Shown piece after piece: positions 35,889 through 46,618 of a stretch of 64,000 nucleotides of DNA. The notes under the pieces were generated by a model that worked only from the letters and a program-made list of their open reading frames with translations, was not told where the DNA came from and made no database searches. Source of the stretch: Acutalibacteraceae bacterium (lineage in GTDB: Bacteria; Bacillota; Clostridia; Oscillospirales; Acutalibacteraceae); contig JAZSPQ010000005.1 in assembly GCA_045537485.1 (NCBI GenBank), positions 45,810-109,809 on the forward strand, given 5' to 3'. The first letter of the stretch is position 1, and each line of letters begins with the position of its first letter. The translations under genes were made by a program, and so were the position numbers.

Positions 35889-36290
35889 TCAATTATTCTT
35901 TTCCCAGTCGGGTTTTTCTTTGGACTTGCCGGACTTCTTTGCTTCGGCTTTTTCAGCTTTAGCCTTATCTGCAGCCTCTTTGGCTGCTGCTCTCTGAGCT
36001 GCAAGTCTTTCGTTAGCGCTATTGTTCTGCTGAACTGCCCAACGGGTGATAGTCATTCTGTTTCTGTCTGCGCCGGTTTCAATTACAAGAGTTTCGTCCT
36101 TTACTGTAACAATTCTTCCGCAGATTCCGCCGATTGTTGTGATTTCATCGCCGACCTCAACAGCATTACGCATTTCCTGCTCCTGCTGCTGTCTCTTCTT
36201 CTGAGGACGGATTGAAGTGAAGTACATAAGCGCAAACATTGCGACAATCAAAATTAAAAATGTTGGATCCATCATTTTATTTACCTCCAT
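35889..36290 (-). CDS. yajC: preprotein translocase subunit YajC with a Lys/Ala-rich C-terminal extension
   Basis: TM helix followed by VGDEITTIGGICGRIVTVKDETLVIE. Confidence 0.85.
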   Translation of the reverse strand: MEVNKMMDPTFLILIVAMFALMYFTSIRPQKKRQQQEQEMRNAVEVGDEITTIGGICGRIVTVKDETLVIETGADRNRMTITRWAVQQNNSANERLAAQRAAAKEAADKAKAEKAEAKKSGKSKEKPDWEKNN

Positions 36291-36364
36291 TATTTAAACA
36301 TTGTCAAGAATTATAGCATATAAAAGAACATATTTCAAGTAATTTTAAATATTTTACAGTTTAG

Positions 36365-37495
36365 TTATATTCTTGTATCTAAAAGCTCTACATATTCATT
36401 TTTAAAGCTTTCAAAAGTATCATTATCAATAGCTTCTCTGATCTTCTCCATAAGATTGTTATAAAAATAAAGATTATGAATTACACAAAGGCGCATTGCA
36501 AGTATTTCTTTACACTTTATAAGGTGTCTTATATAAGATTTTGAAAAATTCCTGCAAGTGGGGCAGTCACATTTTTCGTCTATGGGAGATGGGTCCTTTT
36601 CATACTTTGCATTATTGATATTTATGATACCCTTCCACGTATTCAGGTGACCGTGACGGGCATTTCTGCTCGGCATTACGCAGTCAAAAAGATCTACTCC
36701 CCTGCTTACGCCTTCAATTATATTTCCCGGAGTGCCGACTCCCATAAGATATCTCGGCTTATCCTCAGGCATATAAGGCTCAACAGCAGAAATGATGCGG
36801 TACATATCTTCCTTAGGCTCACCTACGGCGAGTCCGCCAATCGCATAGCCGTCAAGGTCAAGTTCGGCAATTTCTTTCATATTTTCAATTCTTAAATCAT
36901 CAAAGGTACAGCCCTGATTTATGCCGAAAAGAAGCTGGTTTTTATTTATGGTTTCAGGCAGAGAATTCAGTCTGTCCATTTCTGCTTTGCATCGCTTTAA
37001 CCACCTTACAGTTCTTGCGCAGGAGTCCTTTGCGTATTCGTATTTAGCGGGATTTTCAACGCATTCATCAAATGCCATTGCTATTGTGGAGCCTAAATTT
37101 GACTGAATCTGCATACTTTCCTCAGGTCCCATAAATATTCTTCTTCCGTCAACATGAGAGGCAAAGGTGACACCCTCTTCGCTGATTTTTCTCAGTCCGG
37201 CAAGCGAAAACACCTGAAATCCGCCGCTGTCTGTCAGTATAGGTCTGTCCCAACGGGTGAACTTATGAAGTCCGCCCATTTCAGAAACAAGCTTATCGCC
37301 CGGCCGAACGTGTAAATGATAAGTGTTCGAAAGCATAACCTGACATCTGATTTCTTTTAAATCAAGAGCAGAAAGACCGCCTTTAATAGCTCCGCAGGTT
37401 GCAACATTCATAAACGCCGGCGTCTGTACGGTTCCGTGAACGGTCTGAAACTCACACCGTCTCGCTTTATCGTTTGTTTTAATAATCTTTAACAT
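36365..37495 (-). CDS. tgt: tRNA-guanosine(34) transglycosylase
   Basis: Motifs LTDSGGFQVFS and DCVMPSRNARHG, with zinc site CDCPTC...H. Confidence 0.95.
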   Translation of the reverse strand: MLKIIKTNDKARRCEFQTVHGTVQTPAFMNVATCGAIKGGLSALDLKEIRCQVMLSNTYHLHVRPGDKLVSEMGGLHKFTRWDRPILTDSGGFQVFSLAGLRKISEEGVTFASHVDGRRIFMGPEESMQIQSNLGSTIAMAFDECVENPAKYEYAKDSCARTVRWLKRCKAEMDRLNSLPETINKNQLLFGINQGCTFDDLRIENMKEIAELDLDGYAIGGLAVGEPKEDMYRIISAVEPYMPEDKPRYLMGVGTPGNIIEGVSRGVDLFDCVMPSRNARHGHLNTWKGIININNAKYEKDPSPIDEKCDCPTCRNFSKSYIRHLIKCKEILAMRLCVIHNLYFYNNLMEKIREAIDNDTFESFKNEYVELLDTRI

Positions 37496-37498
37496 CTT

Positions 37499-38524
37499 TC
37501 ACCTCAAAAACACCGCATCACCGAAAGAGAAAAATCTATATCTCTCTTCTACTGCAGTTCTGTAAAAATTCATTGTATTTTCATATCCGCAAAAGGCACT
37601 TACAAGCATAATAAGCGTACTTTCCGGAAGGTGGAAATTAGTAATAAGTGCATCGATACATTTAAACTTATAACCGGGATAGATAAAAATATCCGTCCAT
37701 CCCTCGGCTTCTTCGATTTTTCCGTTAAAGGTTGCAACAGATTCAAGAGTTCGGCAGCTTGTGGTGCCCACTCCAACAACTCTTCCGCCGTTTGCTTTTG
37801 TTTCATTTATAAGCTCAGCTGTTTCCTTAGGTAACCAATAGTGTTCCGAATGCATAATATGTTGTGAAATATCATCAGCTTTAACAGGTCTGAAAGTTCC
37901 CAACCCGACATGAAGGGTGACATAGCCGATTTTTACACCCTTGCCACGGATTTTTTCCATAAGCTCCTCGGTGAAATGAAGCCCTGCTGTAGGCGCAGCG
38001 GCGGAGCCTATCTCCTTGGAATATACCGTTTGATAGCGCTCGCCGTTTTCAAGTCTTTCGGTTATATAAGGTGGCAACGGCATTTGTCCGATTTTATCAA
38101 GCACTTCGTAGAAATTACCCTCATAGGTAAATTTTGCAAGTCTGTTTCCACCCTCAAGCACATCGATAATTTCTGCGTGAAGCAAACCGTCTCCGAAGGT
38201 AAATTCAGTGCCTACCTTAGCTCTTTTTCCCGGACCTGTAATTGTTTCCCAAACATCATTGCCTTTATCGGTTAACAAAAGGAATTCAACTTTTGCACCG
38301 GTATCAACCTTTGTTCCGTACATTCTTGCCGGCAATACTCTTGTATTGTTTAATATTAGGCAGTCGCCTTCACTGAGTTCATCAAGAATGTCATAAAAAT
38401 GCTTGTGCTCAATATTACCGTTGATTTTATCAACAACCATCAACCGAGAGCAGTCTCGGGGCTCAACCGGGTGCTGAGCTATCAGTTCCTTTGGTAAATC
38501 ATAATAAAAATCAGATTTGTTCAT
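37499..38524 (-). CDS. queA: S-adenosylmethionine:tRNA ribosyltransferase-isomerase
   Basis: Motifs [14 protein letters not shown] and [10 protein letters not shown]. Start set at MNKSDF. Confidence 0.95.
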   Translation of the reverse strand: MNKSDFYYDLPKELIAQHPVEPRDCSRLMVVDKINGNIEHKHFYDILDELSEGDCLILNNTRVLPARMYGTKVDTGAKVEFLLLTDKGNDVWETITGPGKRAKVGTEFTFGDGLLHAEIIDVLEGGNRLAKFTYEGNFYEVLDKIGQMPLPPYITERLENGERYQTVYSKEIGSAAAPTAGLHFTEELMEKIRGKGVKIGYVTLHVGLGTFRPVKADDISQHIMHSEHYWLPKETAELINETKANGGRVVGVGTTSCRTLESVATFNGKIEEAEGWTDIFIYPGYKFKCIDALITNFHLPESTLIMLVSAFCGYENTMNFYRTAVEERYRFFSFGDAVFLR

Positions 38525-38591
38525 TTTAGTATCCTTTCTGATGTTTTCCAAAAATTAATTTTATGAAGTCACAGAAAATCTGAAAATTAAA

Positions 38592-38620
38592 TTGACATCA
38601 GCTTTAATAAGTGATAATAT
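38592..38620 (+). promoter_or_regulatory. sigma-A type promoter upstream of asd-dapA
   Basis: TTGACA (38592-38597), a 17-nt spacer, then TAATAT (38615-38620). Confidence 0.6.
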
Positions 38621-38719
38621 ATAAATAATCCTTTATATTATAGTGCATATTGCTGAAATTAGCAACAGTTTTATGCAAATTAAAGTAAAAAAATCAGCAA
38701 AAGTTAGAGGTGCTTAATC

Positions 38720-39808
38720 ATGAAAAAGTATAAGGTAGGTATTATCGGAGCCACAGGTATGGTTGGCCAAAGGTTTGCAACAATTCTCGACGGTCATCCC
38801 TGGTTTGATGTTACGGTTCTTGCAGCGAGCGGACGTTCAGCAGGTAAAACATATAAGGAAGCTGTCGGCGAAAGATGGAGAATTGCAAAAGAAATGCCCG
38901 CTTCAATGGCAGATATGATAGTTAAGGATGCAACAGCAGACATAAATGAAATTGCTTCTGCAGTTGATTTTGTATTCTGCGCAGTTGATATGAAAAAGGA
39001 TGAAATCAGAGCCCTTGAGGAGGCATACGCAAAGGCTGAGTGCCCCGTTGTATCAAATAACAGTGCACACAGAGGCACTGCAGATGTTCCAATGGTAATT
39101 CCCGAAATCAATGCAGACCACATCAAAGTTATTGACGCACAAAAGGCAAGACTTGGTACAAAAAGAGGCTTTGTTGCCGTAAAGTCTAACTGCTCACTTC
39201 AGAGCTATGTACCTGCTATTTACCCCCTCGATAAGGTATTCGGCGTTAAGGAAGTTCTCGTTTGTACCTATCAGGCAATTTCAGGCGCAGGCAAGACCTT
39301 TGAAAGCTGGCCTGAAATGGTTGATAACGTTATTCCGTTTATCGGCGGCGAGGAAGAAAAGAGCGAACAGGAGCCCCTTAAGATTTGGGGCAAGGTAGAG
39401 GACGGAGTAATAAAAAATGCTGCATCCCCTGCTTTCACTGCGCAATGCATCAGAGTACCGGTTTCTGACGGTCATATGGGTGCAGTATTCATGAGATTTG
39501 AAGAAGGTAAAAAGCCCTCTAAGGATGAAATAATCAGGGTATGGGAAGGCTTTACAGGCAGAGCTCAGGAGCTTGAGCTTCCCTCTGCTCCCAAAAAGTT
39601 CCTCCACTATTTCACTGAGGACAATATGCCTCAGACTAAGCTTAACCGTAATGAAGAAAACGGCATGGCTGTTTCCATCGGCAGACTGCGCGAGGATACT
39701 CAGTATGACTATAAGTTTGTCTGCCTTTCACACAACACACTCAGAGGTGCAGCAGGCGGTGCAGTTCTTCTTGCAGAGCTTCTTTGCGCTGAGGGTTATA
39801 TGGACTAA
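38720..39808 (+). CDS. asd: aspartate-semialdehyde dehydrogenase
   Basis: Rossmann start VGIIGATGMVGQR and active-site context KSNCSLQ. Confidence 0.9.
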   Translation: MKKYKVGIIGATGMVGQRFATILDGHPWFDVTVLAASGRSAGKTYKEAVGERWRIAKEMPASMADMIVKDATADINEIASAVDFVFCAVDMKKDEIRALEEAYAKAECPVVSNNSAHRGTADVPMVIPEINADHIKVIDAQKARLGTKRGFVAVKSNCSLQSYVPAIYPLDKVFGVKEVLVCTYQAISGAGKTFESWPEMVDNVIPFIGGEEEKSEQEPLKIWGKVEDGVIKNAASPAFTAQCIRVPVSDGHMGAVFMRFEEGKKPSKDEIIRVWEGFTGRAQELELPSAPKKFLHYFTEDNMPQTKLNRNEENGMAVSIGRLREDTQYDYKFVCLSHNTLRGAAGGAVLLAELLCAEGYMD

Positions 39809-39820
39809 GGAGGTTTTTCT

Positions 39821-40729
39821 TTGAGACCGATCTTTATCGGTAGCGGTGTTGCTTTGATAACACCCTTCAATAAGGACGGAGAAATCGATTTTGAATTGTT
39901 TTCAAAGCTCATAGAATTCCAAATTGCAAACGAAACAGATGCTATTATTGTTTGTGGGACAACAGGTGAAGGCTCAACGTTGACCGTTGAGGAGCGTTTA
40001 AAGTTGTTTTCCCTTGCCGTTAAGCAGGTTGCAGGCAGAGTGCCTGTTATCGCAGGCACAGGCAGTAATAGCACTTCTTTTTCACAGGATTTAATAAAAG
40101 AGGCAGAAAAATGCGGAATTGATGCCCATCTGTGTGTGACACCCTATTATAACAAAGCCTCACAAGCCGGGATTGTGAAGCATTATTACGCTCTTGCTGA
40201 CAGTGCAGCAAAGCCGCTGATTGTTTATAATGTTCCAACAAGAACGGGCGTCAATATAACACCCGAGACCTATCAGAAATTAGGTCAACACAATAATATA
40301 GTTGCTGTTAAAGAGGCAGATACCAATGTCGCTAAGCTGCAAAAATCAATTGCATTTTGCGGCGATGCACTGGATTTTTATGTCGGTAATGATGATTTAA
40401 TAGCGATCGGTTGTCTTTTAGGCTGTAAAGGTGTAATATCCGTTCTTTCGAATATTCTTCCTTCTTTTACACATAATATGACACAGAAGGCTGTTAACAA
40501 GCAGGTTGAAAATTGCAATAAAATGCAGGCAGACATCCTTGAGCTTGCAGAAAATCTCTTCAGCGATGTCAACCCCATTCCCGTCAAAACTGCTATGGAG
40601 TGTTTATTCGGTATAGACGGCTTTTGCAGATTGCCGTTATGCGACATGGAGCCGCTTAAGCGCAAACAGCTTGTCAGTATACTCGACAGGTATAAAAGAT
40701 TCTTTTTCGCGGAAAAGTCAGTATTATAA
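39821..40729 (+). CDS. dapA: 4-hydroxy-tetrahydrodipicolinate synthase
   Basis: TTG start 7 nt after AAGGAGG. Motifs ALITPF, GTTGE and Schiff-base lysine context AVKEA. Confidence 0.9.
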   Translation: MRPIFIGSGVALITPFNKDGEIDFELFSKLIEFQIANETDAIIVCGTTGEGSTLTVEERLKLFSLAVKQVAGRVPVIAGTGSNSTSFSQDLIKEAEKCGIDAHLCVTPYYNKASQAGIVKHYYALADSAAKPLIVYNVPTRTGVNITPETYQKLGQHNNIVAVKEADTNVAKLQKSIAFCGDALDFYVGNDDLIAIGCLLGCKGVISVLSNILPSFTHNMTQKAVNKQVENCNKMQADILELAENLFSDVNPIPVKTAMECLFGIDGFCRLPLCDMEPLKRKQLVSILDRYKRFFFAEKSVL

Positions 40730-40876
40730 TGTCATTATTTGCAACGCTTCTGTTGACATATCAGCGGATGTGTTGCATTGTTTTTGGAATTTTATGCAAT
40801 TATTTGAATAAACTATTGAACAATATTGCATAATGTTATATACTATGAGAATAATAAATGTAAAGGAGGCTTAACT

Positions 40877-41695
40877 GTGGATAAAGAAAGAATAATTGAT
40901 ATGCACGTTCATTCGGATAATTCTCCCGACGGTAATCATTCACCTATGTTTATATGTGAGCAGGCAGTCGAAAAGGGTCTGCGGGCTATTGCAATAACCG
41001 ACCATTGTGAGGTTGATAGTTTCTTTAGCGATAAATACGACAACAGGGTCTTTCATTCATATTTTGAATGCAGTAAAGCCAGGTCCGCATTTGAAGGTCA
41101 GTTACTTGTTTTAATCGGTCTCGAGATAGGACAGCCTTTATCCGATGAGAAGCTTACAAAAAAAATACTTGCATCTTATCCCTATGATGCAGTGCTCGGC
41201 AGTATCCATAAGCCTCGGAATTTTGACTGTGATATCAAGGAAATTAATTATCCCGGAATTGATATTTATAAGTTTATGAGGGATTACTTTTCGGAGCTTA
41301 CTGAAATGGCAAAGAGTCCGTATGTGGATATTTTGGCTCACATTACCTGCCCTATGAGAAGAATTCAGGGAAGGTACACAATAGATTTTGATTATGATAA
41401 AATATCTGATGCTACAGATGAGCTTCTTCTTGCAATAATCAACAATAACAAGGCTCTGGAAATTAATGCTTCGGGACTGCGGCAGGATATGAAAAGAACA
41501 ATGCCTGATGAAAACATAATCAGAAGATATAAGGAGTTAGGCGGAAAGTATATTACAATCGGTTCTGACTCACACAGCGCCTATGATGTTGGAGTGGGAG
41601 TTAAAGAAGGTATGAAATTGGCTAAAAACTGCGGTTTTGATAAGCTTACCTTTTTTGTTGAAAGACAAATTTTTCAGATTGAAAACAGCATATAA
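40877..41695 (+). CDS. PHP-domain phosphatase (histidinol-phosphatase HisJ family)
   Basis: Motifs DMHVHSDNSPDG and ITDH. GTG 40877 lies 7 nt after AAGGAGG. Confidence 0.75.
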   Translation: MDKERIIDMHVHSDNSPDGNHSPMFICEQAVEKGLRAIAITDHCEVDSFFSDKYDNRVFHSYFECSKARSAFEGQLLVLIGLEIGQPLSDEKLTKKILASYPYDAVLGSIHKPRNFDCDIKEINYPGIDIYKFMRDYFSELTEMAKSPYVDILAHITCPMRRIQGRYTIDFDYDKISDATDELLLAIINNNKALEINASGLRQDMKRTMPDENIIRRYKELGGKYITIGSDSHSAYDVGVGVKEGMKLAKNCGFDKLTFFVERQIFQIENSI

Positions 41696-41707
41696 GGAGT
41701 TAAAATA

Positions 41708-43183
41708 ATGGACGATAAATCATTGATCAAGCTTGATAAAAAAACAATACTGGGCGTCGGAGCCCTTCTTTTTGCAATAATGATTTTTGCCGGTGTGCTG
41801 ACACAGATTGTGCCGACAGGCGCTTATGAGACGGATTTAAACGGCAATATCATAAACGGAACATATAGCGAAATCCCGAGAGACAGTGTCGGCTACAGCT
41901 TCTGGAGAACATTTATCGCACCAATTGAGGTGTTTATAAATTCGACATCCGAGGCTATGACAGGCGTTATAATAATACTTGTTATAATTGTAATCGGCGG
42001 CACATTTCTTGTCCTTGATAAAAGCGGTGTTCTGAAATACATAATGACAACAATCGTTAACAGGTTTTCTGATAGGAAGTATATCCTTTTATCAATTATG
42101 ATTTTTGCCTGTATGATTCTTTCCTCCTTTGCAGGAATATTGGAAGAATCAATTACACTTGTGCCGTTGGCTGTTGCAATTTCCCTGTCGCTGGGTTGGG
42201 ATTCTTTTGTCGGTCTGGGATTCAGTCTCATATCCGTCACCTTCGGTTATGCCGCAGCAACCTTTAATCCCTTTAATATCGGTATCATTCATTCAATGGC
42301 TGATTTGCCGATGTTCTCCGGTGTGCTTTTCAGAATCTTTGTTTTTGCCGTTATATATGTGATTCTGGCAGGATTTTTTATTACCTACGCAAAGAAAATC
42401 GAAAAGAACCCTGAGAAATCTCCTTGCTATAAATCGGATATCGAGCTCAAGAAAAGACTTCTTGACAGCAACGAAACAAAAAAAGCACTGCAAAATAAAA
42501 GGTTGCCGAAAGCAACAAAAGCCTTCACTCACGCTCTGTTGGCCGTTCTTATAATTACAGTTATATGTCTTGTATCAAATATTTTTATTAATAACGAAAC
42601 AATATCCGATATAATCGGATACCTTCCTCTTGCTTCAATGGCAATTCTGTTCACCGCAGGCGGTATGCGTGCCGGTTATATATCCGGATTTAAAAAGAAT
42701 GACCTCGGTAAAATCTTTTTATCAGGTGCAAAATCAATACTCCCCTGTGCTCCGATTATTTTAATAATAATTAGCGTTACTTATATCCTAAAAAGCGGAA
42801 TGATAATTGATACGCTATTATATTGGGTTCATAACTATATCAGTACTATGAATCCATATGCAGCTTTAACGATAATATTTTTAGTTATTTGTGTATTTGA
42901 ATTCTTCATTGGCAGCGGTTCTGCTAAGGCGTTTCTACTGATGCCGATACTTCTACCTCTTGTTGATATGATAGGCATAGGCAGACAAAACCTTATTGTA
43001 TCCTTTTGTCTGAGTGACGGATTGTGCAATGTGCTTTACCCCACAAACGGTCTCTTAATGATTGCCTTAAGCATAATTAATATTTCATATTTAAAATACA
43101 TAAAATGTGCTTGGAAGCTATTTTTGGCCGTGTTTATTGCATCGGTGGGATTAACCTTCATCGGATACGCAATCGGCTATTAA
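41708..43183 (+). CDS. YfcC/DcuC-like anaerobic carrier family membrane transporter
   Basis: A 491-aa protein with about 12 TM helices. The family is assigned from overall pattern, from memory. Confidence 0.6.
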   Translation: MDDKSLIKLDKKTILGVGALLFAIMIFAGVLTQIVPTGAYETDLNGNIINGTYSEIPRDSVGYSFWRTFIAPIEVFINSTSEAMTGVIIILVIIVIGGTFLVLDKSGVLKYIMTTIVNRFSDRKYILLSIMIFACMILSSFAGILEESITLVPLAVAISLSLGWDSFVGLGFSLISVTFGYAAATFNPFNIGIIHSMADLPMFSGVLFRIFVFAVIYVILAGFFITYAKKIEKNPEKSPCYKSDIELKKRLLDSNETKKALQNKRLPKATKAFTHALLAVLIITVICLVSNIFINNETISDIIGYLPLASMAILFTAGGMRAGYISGFKKNDLGKIFLSGAKSILPCAPIILIIISVTYILKSGMIIDTLLYWVHNYISTMNPYAALTIIFLVICVFEFFIGSGSAKAFLLMPILLPLVDMIGIGRQNLIVSFCLSDGLCNVLYPTNGLLMIALSIINISYLKYIKCAWKLFLAVFIASVGLTFIGYAIGY

Positions 43184-43197
43184 CGCAGGAAACGAGA

Positions 43198-43240
43198 AAA
43201 ATACAGCGACATTTCAAAGAATGCCGCTGTATTTATTTTA
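43198..43240. terminator. bidirectional terminator between convergent genes
   Basis: ATACAGCG (43201-43208) pairs with CGCTGTAT (43225-43232), flanked by an A-run upstream and TTTATTTT downstream. Confidence 0.55.
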
Positions 43241-44902
43241 CTCGGTAACATAAACCCTTGTTTCGTATGGTCTTGTCATAAATCCGTTATGAACAACAGG
43301 ATTATATTCATAATTGCTTAGTACCGGTTCAGCTTTGCTCATATCAAAATCTGACGATGCTCTGAATGCAATTTCTTTATCGGTGAATGAGCAAACCACA
43401 AGCATTTTTTTATTTTCATATCTTCTTATGTAAGCGAAGATATCTTTGCAGGTTTTCAAAAGCTCAAAATCACCGTATTTTACTATATCGTTTTCTTTTC
43501 TGAATCTGAGCAATTTTTTATAGTAATTTAGAATAGAATCGGGATTTTCTGCTTCAGTTTCTACGTTTATAAACCTGTAATTAGGATTAAGCTCAAACCA
43601 CGGTTCTTCTGCTGTAGTGAAGCCGGCATTTTTTTCTGAATTCCACTGCATTGGTGTTCTTGCGTTATCTCTTGATGCGTACATACAGAATTTCATTGTC
43701 AGCTTATCTGAAAATCCAAGCTTTCTGAAAAGGGCATAGGTGTTTAGCGATGAAATGTCTTTGTACCTATCAATAGAAGGTATCTTCGGGTTTGTCATAC
43801 CTATTTCCTGTCCCTGATATATGAAGGGGGTACCGCTCTGACAGATATACATTGTGGCAAGCATTTTACCGCTCTCTACGCGATATTTTTCACTGCCGTA
43901 ACGGGATATAATTCGGGGTTGGTCGTGATTTTCGATGTAGTTTGCATTCCATGCTATACCGTGTAAATCTGTCTGCCAACGCTTATATACTTTCTTTAAT
44001 TTACCTTTTCTGAAGGGCGTAACGATCCAGTTTGTTATAACATTGTCACATCCCATATGTTCGAAATGGAACATCATATTCAGAAGCTGGCCGTCGCCTT
44101 CCTTGATGAATTCAAGAGCCCTCTTCGTCGTCATCATGGGCGCCTCACCAACAGTGAAGCAATCATATTGGTCATAAATCTCTTTAAACTCACGCAGATA
44201 TTTTTTCAGATTGGGACCGTTCATATAATGCTCAATACCTGTTGCTGTCGGCAGCGGGAATCCGTTTGGTAGCCCGGGTTTTTTAGATATAAATGTTATA
44301 ACATCTTCACGGAAACCGTCAACACCCATATCAAGCCAAAAACGGATTATACCCTTGACTTCCTCACGCACTTTCGGATTATCCATATTTAAGTCAGGCT
44401 GACCTTTAGCAAAAACATGGAGATAATACTTATCAATTTCCTTGCAATACTCCCACGCTTTACCCTGAAAGGTTGAAAGCCAGTTGTTTGGTTCCTTACC
44501 CGGCTTTCTGCCCTTACGCCAAATATAGTAATCGTGATAAGGATTAGCCTCTCCTTTTTTGCTTTCTTTAAACCACTCATGCTCGTCTGATGTGTGATTT
44601 ACAACGAGATCCATAATTACCTTTAAGCCTCTCTTATGGGCCTCGTCAAGCAATGCCTTAAATTCTTCAAGAGTTCCGTAATCAGGTGAAATATCACGGT
44701 AATTAGCTATATCGTAGCCATAATCGGCGTTTGGTGAAGGGTAAAGAGGCGAAAACCAGATAGCGTCAACACCCAAATCCTTAATATAATCAAGCTTTGA
44801 CATTATTCCCTTTAAATCACCGACGCCGTCACCGTTTCCGTCGCAGAAGCTTCTGGGCCATATCTGATAAACAGACATCTCTTTATACCATTTTATCTCC
44901 AT
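43238..44902 (-). CDS. GH13 alpha-glucosidase / oligo-1,6-glucosidase-type glucohydrolase
   Basis: Motifs YQIWPRSF.DGNGDG.GDL, DLVVNHTSDEH, GFREDV and NHDQPR. ATG 44902 lies 7 nt after AGGAGA. Confidence 0.9.
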   Translation of the reverse strand: MEIKWYKEMSVYQIWPRSFCDGNGDGVGDLKGIMSKLDYIKDLGVDAIWFSPLYPSPNADYGYDIANYRDISPDYGTLEEFKALLDEAHKRGLKVIMDLVVNHTSDEHEWFKESKKGEANPYHDYYIWRKGRKPGKEPNNWLSTFQGKAWEYCKEIDKYYLHVFAKGQPDLNMDNPKVREEVKGIIRFWLDMGVDGFREDVITFISKKPGLPNGFPLPTATGIEHYMNGPNLKKYLREFKEIYDQYDCFTVGEAPMMTTKRALEFIKEGDGQLLNMMFHFEHMGCDNVITNWIVTPFRKGKLKKVYKRWQTDLHGIAWNANYIENHDQPRIISRYGSEKYRVESGKMLATMYICQSGTPFIYQGQEIGMTNPKIPSIDRYKDISSLNTYALFRKLGFSDKLTMKFCMYASRDNARTPMQWNSEKNAGFTTAEEPWFELNPNYRFINVETEAENPDSILNYYKKLLRFRKENDIVKYGDFELLKTCKDIFAYIRRYENKKMLVVCSFTDKEIAFRASSDFDMSKAEPVLSNYEYNPVVHNGFMTRPYETRVYVTE

Positions 44903-44921
44903 AATCATTCTCCTAAAAAGA

Positions 44922-44949
44922 TTAAGGCTGTATATTACAACAGCCTTAA
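44922..44949 (-). terminator. intra-operon hairpin between the transporter and glucosidase genes
   Basis: TTAAGGCTGT (44922-44931) pairs with ACAGCCTTAA (44940-44949). On the minus strand it is followed by TCTTTTT and then the AGGAGA SD. Confidence 0.45.
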
Positions 44950-44959
44950 CCGATATAAT

Positions 44960-46537
44960 TTATTTTGTTACTTTTCTTGCTTCAATTTCAGCAACGAGCT
45001 CTCTCTGACGCTTTTCTGTAAGTGTATAGAAGAACATCGGAACTGCACAAGCAAACATACTGATAACACCTGAAAGAATAAGAACATTCCAAAGAGCGTC
45101 AGGTGATTGAACAAAGCCTGTTTCAGCATCAATACCTGCAATGTTCATAGCCATAACACCGATAAATGCACCGAATGCCATACCGATTTTATTGATAAGT
45201 GTCTGCATTGCGAAGCAGATACCTTCGCCTCTTTCGCCCGTTTTCCACTCAAGATAGTCAACGGTGTCACCGATCATAGCGTAGGTCATAATGTTGTTGA
45301 CACCCTGGGGAATACCAAGAAGAACAAGACCTACTGCTGCAACGATGAGCTTCCAAGTAGCGTCATAACCAACGAAATACATAACAGCCATTACAACGCC
45401 GCCGAAGAGATGAACAATAACATAGGTCCATTTTTTAGTAAATTTCTTTGTGAGCCAGGGAACAAGCACAGACGCAACAAGACCGCCGGGGATAACAAGC
45501 ATAGTGATAATGCCGTACAAGCCTTCATTTTTCAGAACATACTTTGCAAAGTAGAGACCGCCGGTATATGAATAAACCATTCTTGCACCGCCGAGAACAC
45601 CTGAAAGCACGATGAGAAGAAGCTCCTTATTTTTAAATAAGAGCTTAAGGTTGTGGCCGAATGAAGGTACGTTTTCATCTGTAGCTGTAAAGCGTTCTTT
45701 TGTATTCTTAAAGCCATAGAAGAACATAGGCATTGCAACAACTACGAAAACAACTGCGCAGATGAAATAAATCATCTTAAGAGTGTCAGCATTATCAGTA
45801 ACATAATCATTCATAACAGTGCCGATAAAGCTTTCGGCTGCTTCCATTTTGGTTTTTCCCTGACTGACAAGTATGTCAATAGCCTCTGCTTTTTCAACAA
45901 GAATCTTATCAATGTCGGTTTCGGCATATTTAAACCGAGCTGTGATAGCATCTGTTATAATGGGAACACCAACAGTAACAACGCCGGCGCCTATGGTGCA
46001 GGCAAGACGTGCAACCGTAAGAATGTTACCTCTGACTGTTGTATCGTTTGTAAGACAGGTTGAAAGACCCCAATAAGGAACGTCAGCAACAGTATAAACA
46101 ACTGACCAGATAACATAAATAACTGAAACTGCGATAAAGGTTGACTTAGCTTTTGCTTCAAAAATCGGAAGGAAACAAAGAATCGTAACTATACCGATGG
46201 GGATAGCCATCCACTTAAGGAAAGGTCTGCATTTACCCCACTTTGTACGAGTCTTATCAACGATACTGCCCATGATAGGATCGTTGAACGCATCAAAAAT
46301 TCTTGTGAAAAGCATAAGGAATGCAACAGCAACTGCACCGCTGACGCCAAAGATCTTAACATCGCTTGCACCGAAAAGGAGTGCATCAGTTAAGAAAACT
46401 GTAAGGTATGAGCCTACGATAGTACAGATAAAGTTCTGACCGATACCTGTGATACTGTAAGCAATCGCCTCCTTCGGCTGAACACCCTTGCCCGGTGTAG
46501 TGCCGAATAATTTGTGTAATAATTCGTTGATTTTCAT
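44960..46537 (-). CDS. glycoside-pentoside-hexuronide (GPH):cation symporter family MFS transporter
   Basis: Twelve-TM pattern, N-terminal motif FDAFNDPIMG.IVD.T....GK.RPF, and an AGGAGGA SD. Confidence 0.85.
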   Translation of the reverse strand: MKINELLHKLFGTTPGKGVQPKEAIAYSITGIGQNFICTIVGSYLTVFLTDALLFGASDVKIFGVSGAVAVAFLMLFTRIFDAFNDPIMGSIVDKTRTKWGKCRPFLKWMAIPIGIVTILCFLPIFEAKAKSTFIAVSVIYVIWSVVYTVADVPYWGLSTCLTNDTTVRGNILTVARLACTIGAGVVTVGVPIITDAITARFKYAETDIDKILVEKAEAIDILVSQGKTKMEAAESFIGTVMNDYVTDNADTLKMIYFICAVVFVVVAMPMFFYGFKNTKERFTATDENVPSFGHNLKLLFKNKELLLIVLSGVLGGARMVYSYTGGLYFAKYVLKNEGLYGIITMLVIPGGLVASVLVPWLTKKFTKKWTYVIVHLFGGVVMAVMYFVGYDATWKLIVAAVGLVLLGIPQGVNNIMTYAMIGDTVDYLEWKTGERGEGICFAMQTLINKIGMAFGAFIGVMAMNIAGIDAETGFVQSPDALWNVLILSGVISMFACAVPMFFYTLTEKRQRELVAEIEARKVTK

Positions 46538-46563
46538 TATATTCCTCCTATGTTAGAATTCTC

Positions 46564-46579
46564 ATAAACTATAGTTTAT
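46564..46579. promoter_or_regulatory. perfect 16-bp palindrome ATAAACTATAGTTTAT, candidate operator
   Basis: Self-complementary as read. It lies 27-42 bp upstream of the GPH start codon and overlaps a possible -10 (TAAACT on the minus strand, with TTGCCT 17 nt upstream). Confidence 0.4.
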
Positions 46580-46618
46580 CATGATATACACAAAAAGGCA
46601 AGTGAAAACTGATTATTT

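Noticed and set aside
38552-38719. Lysine riboswitch (L-box) upstream of asd-dapA.
   Set aside because: The putative promoter leaves a leader of only about 90 nt, far shorter than an L-box of about 180 nt. I could not find the conserved L-box helices or a terminator/antiterminator pair.
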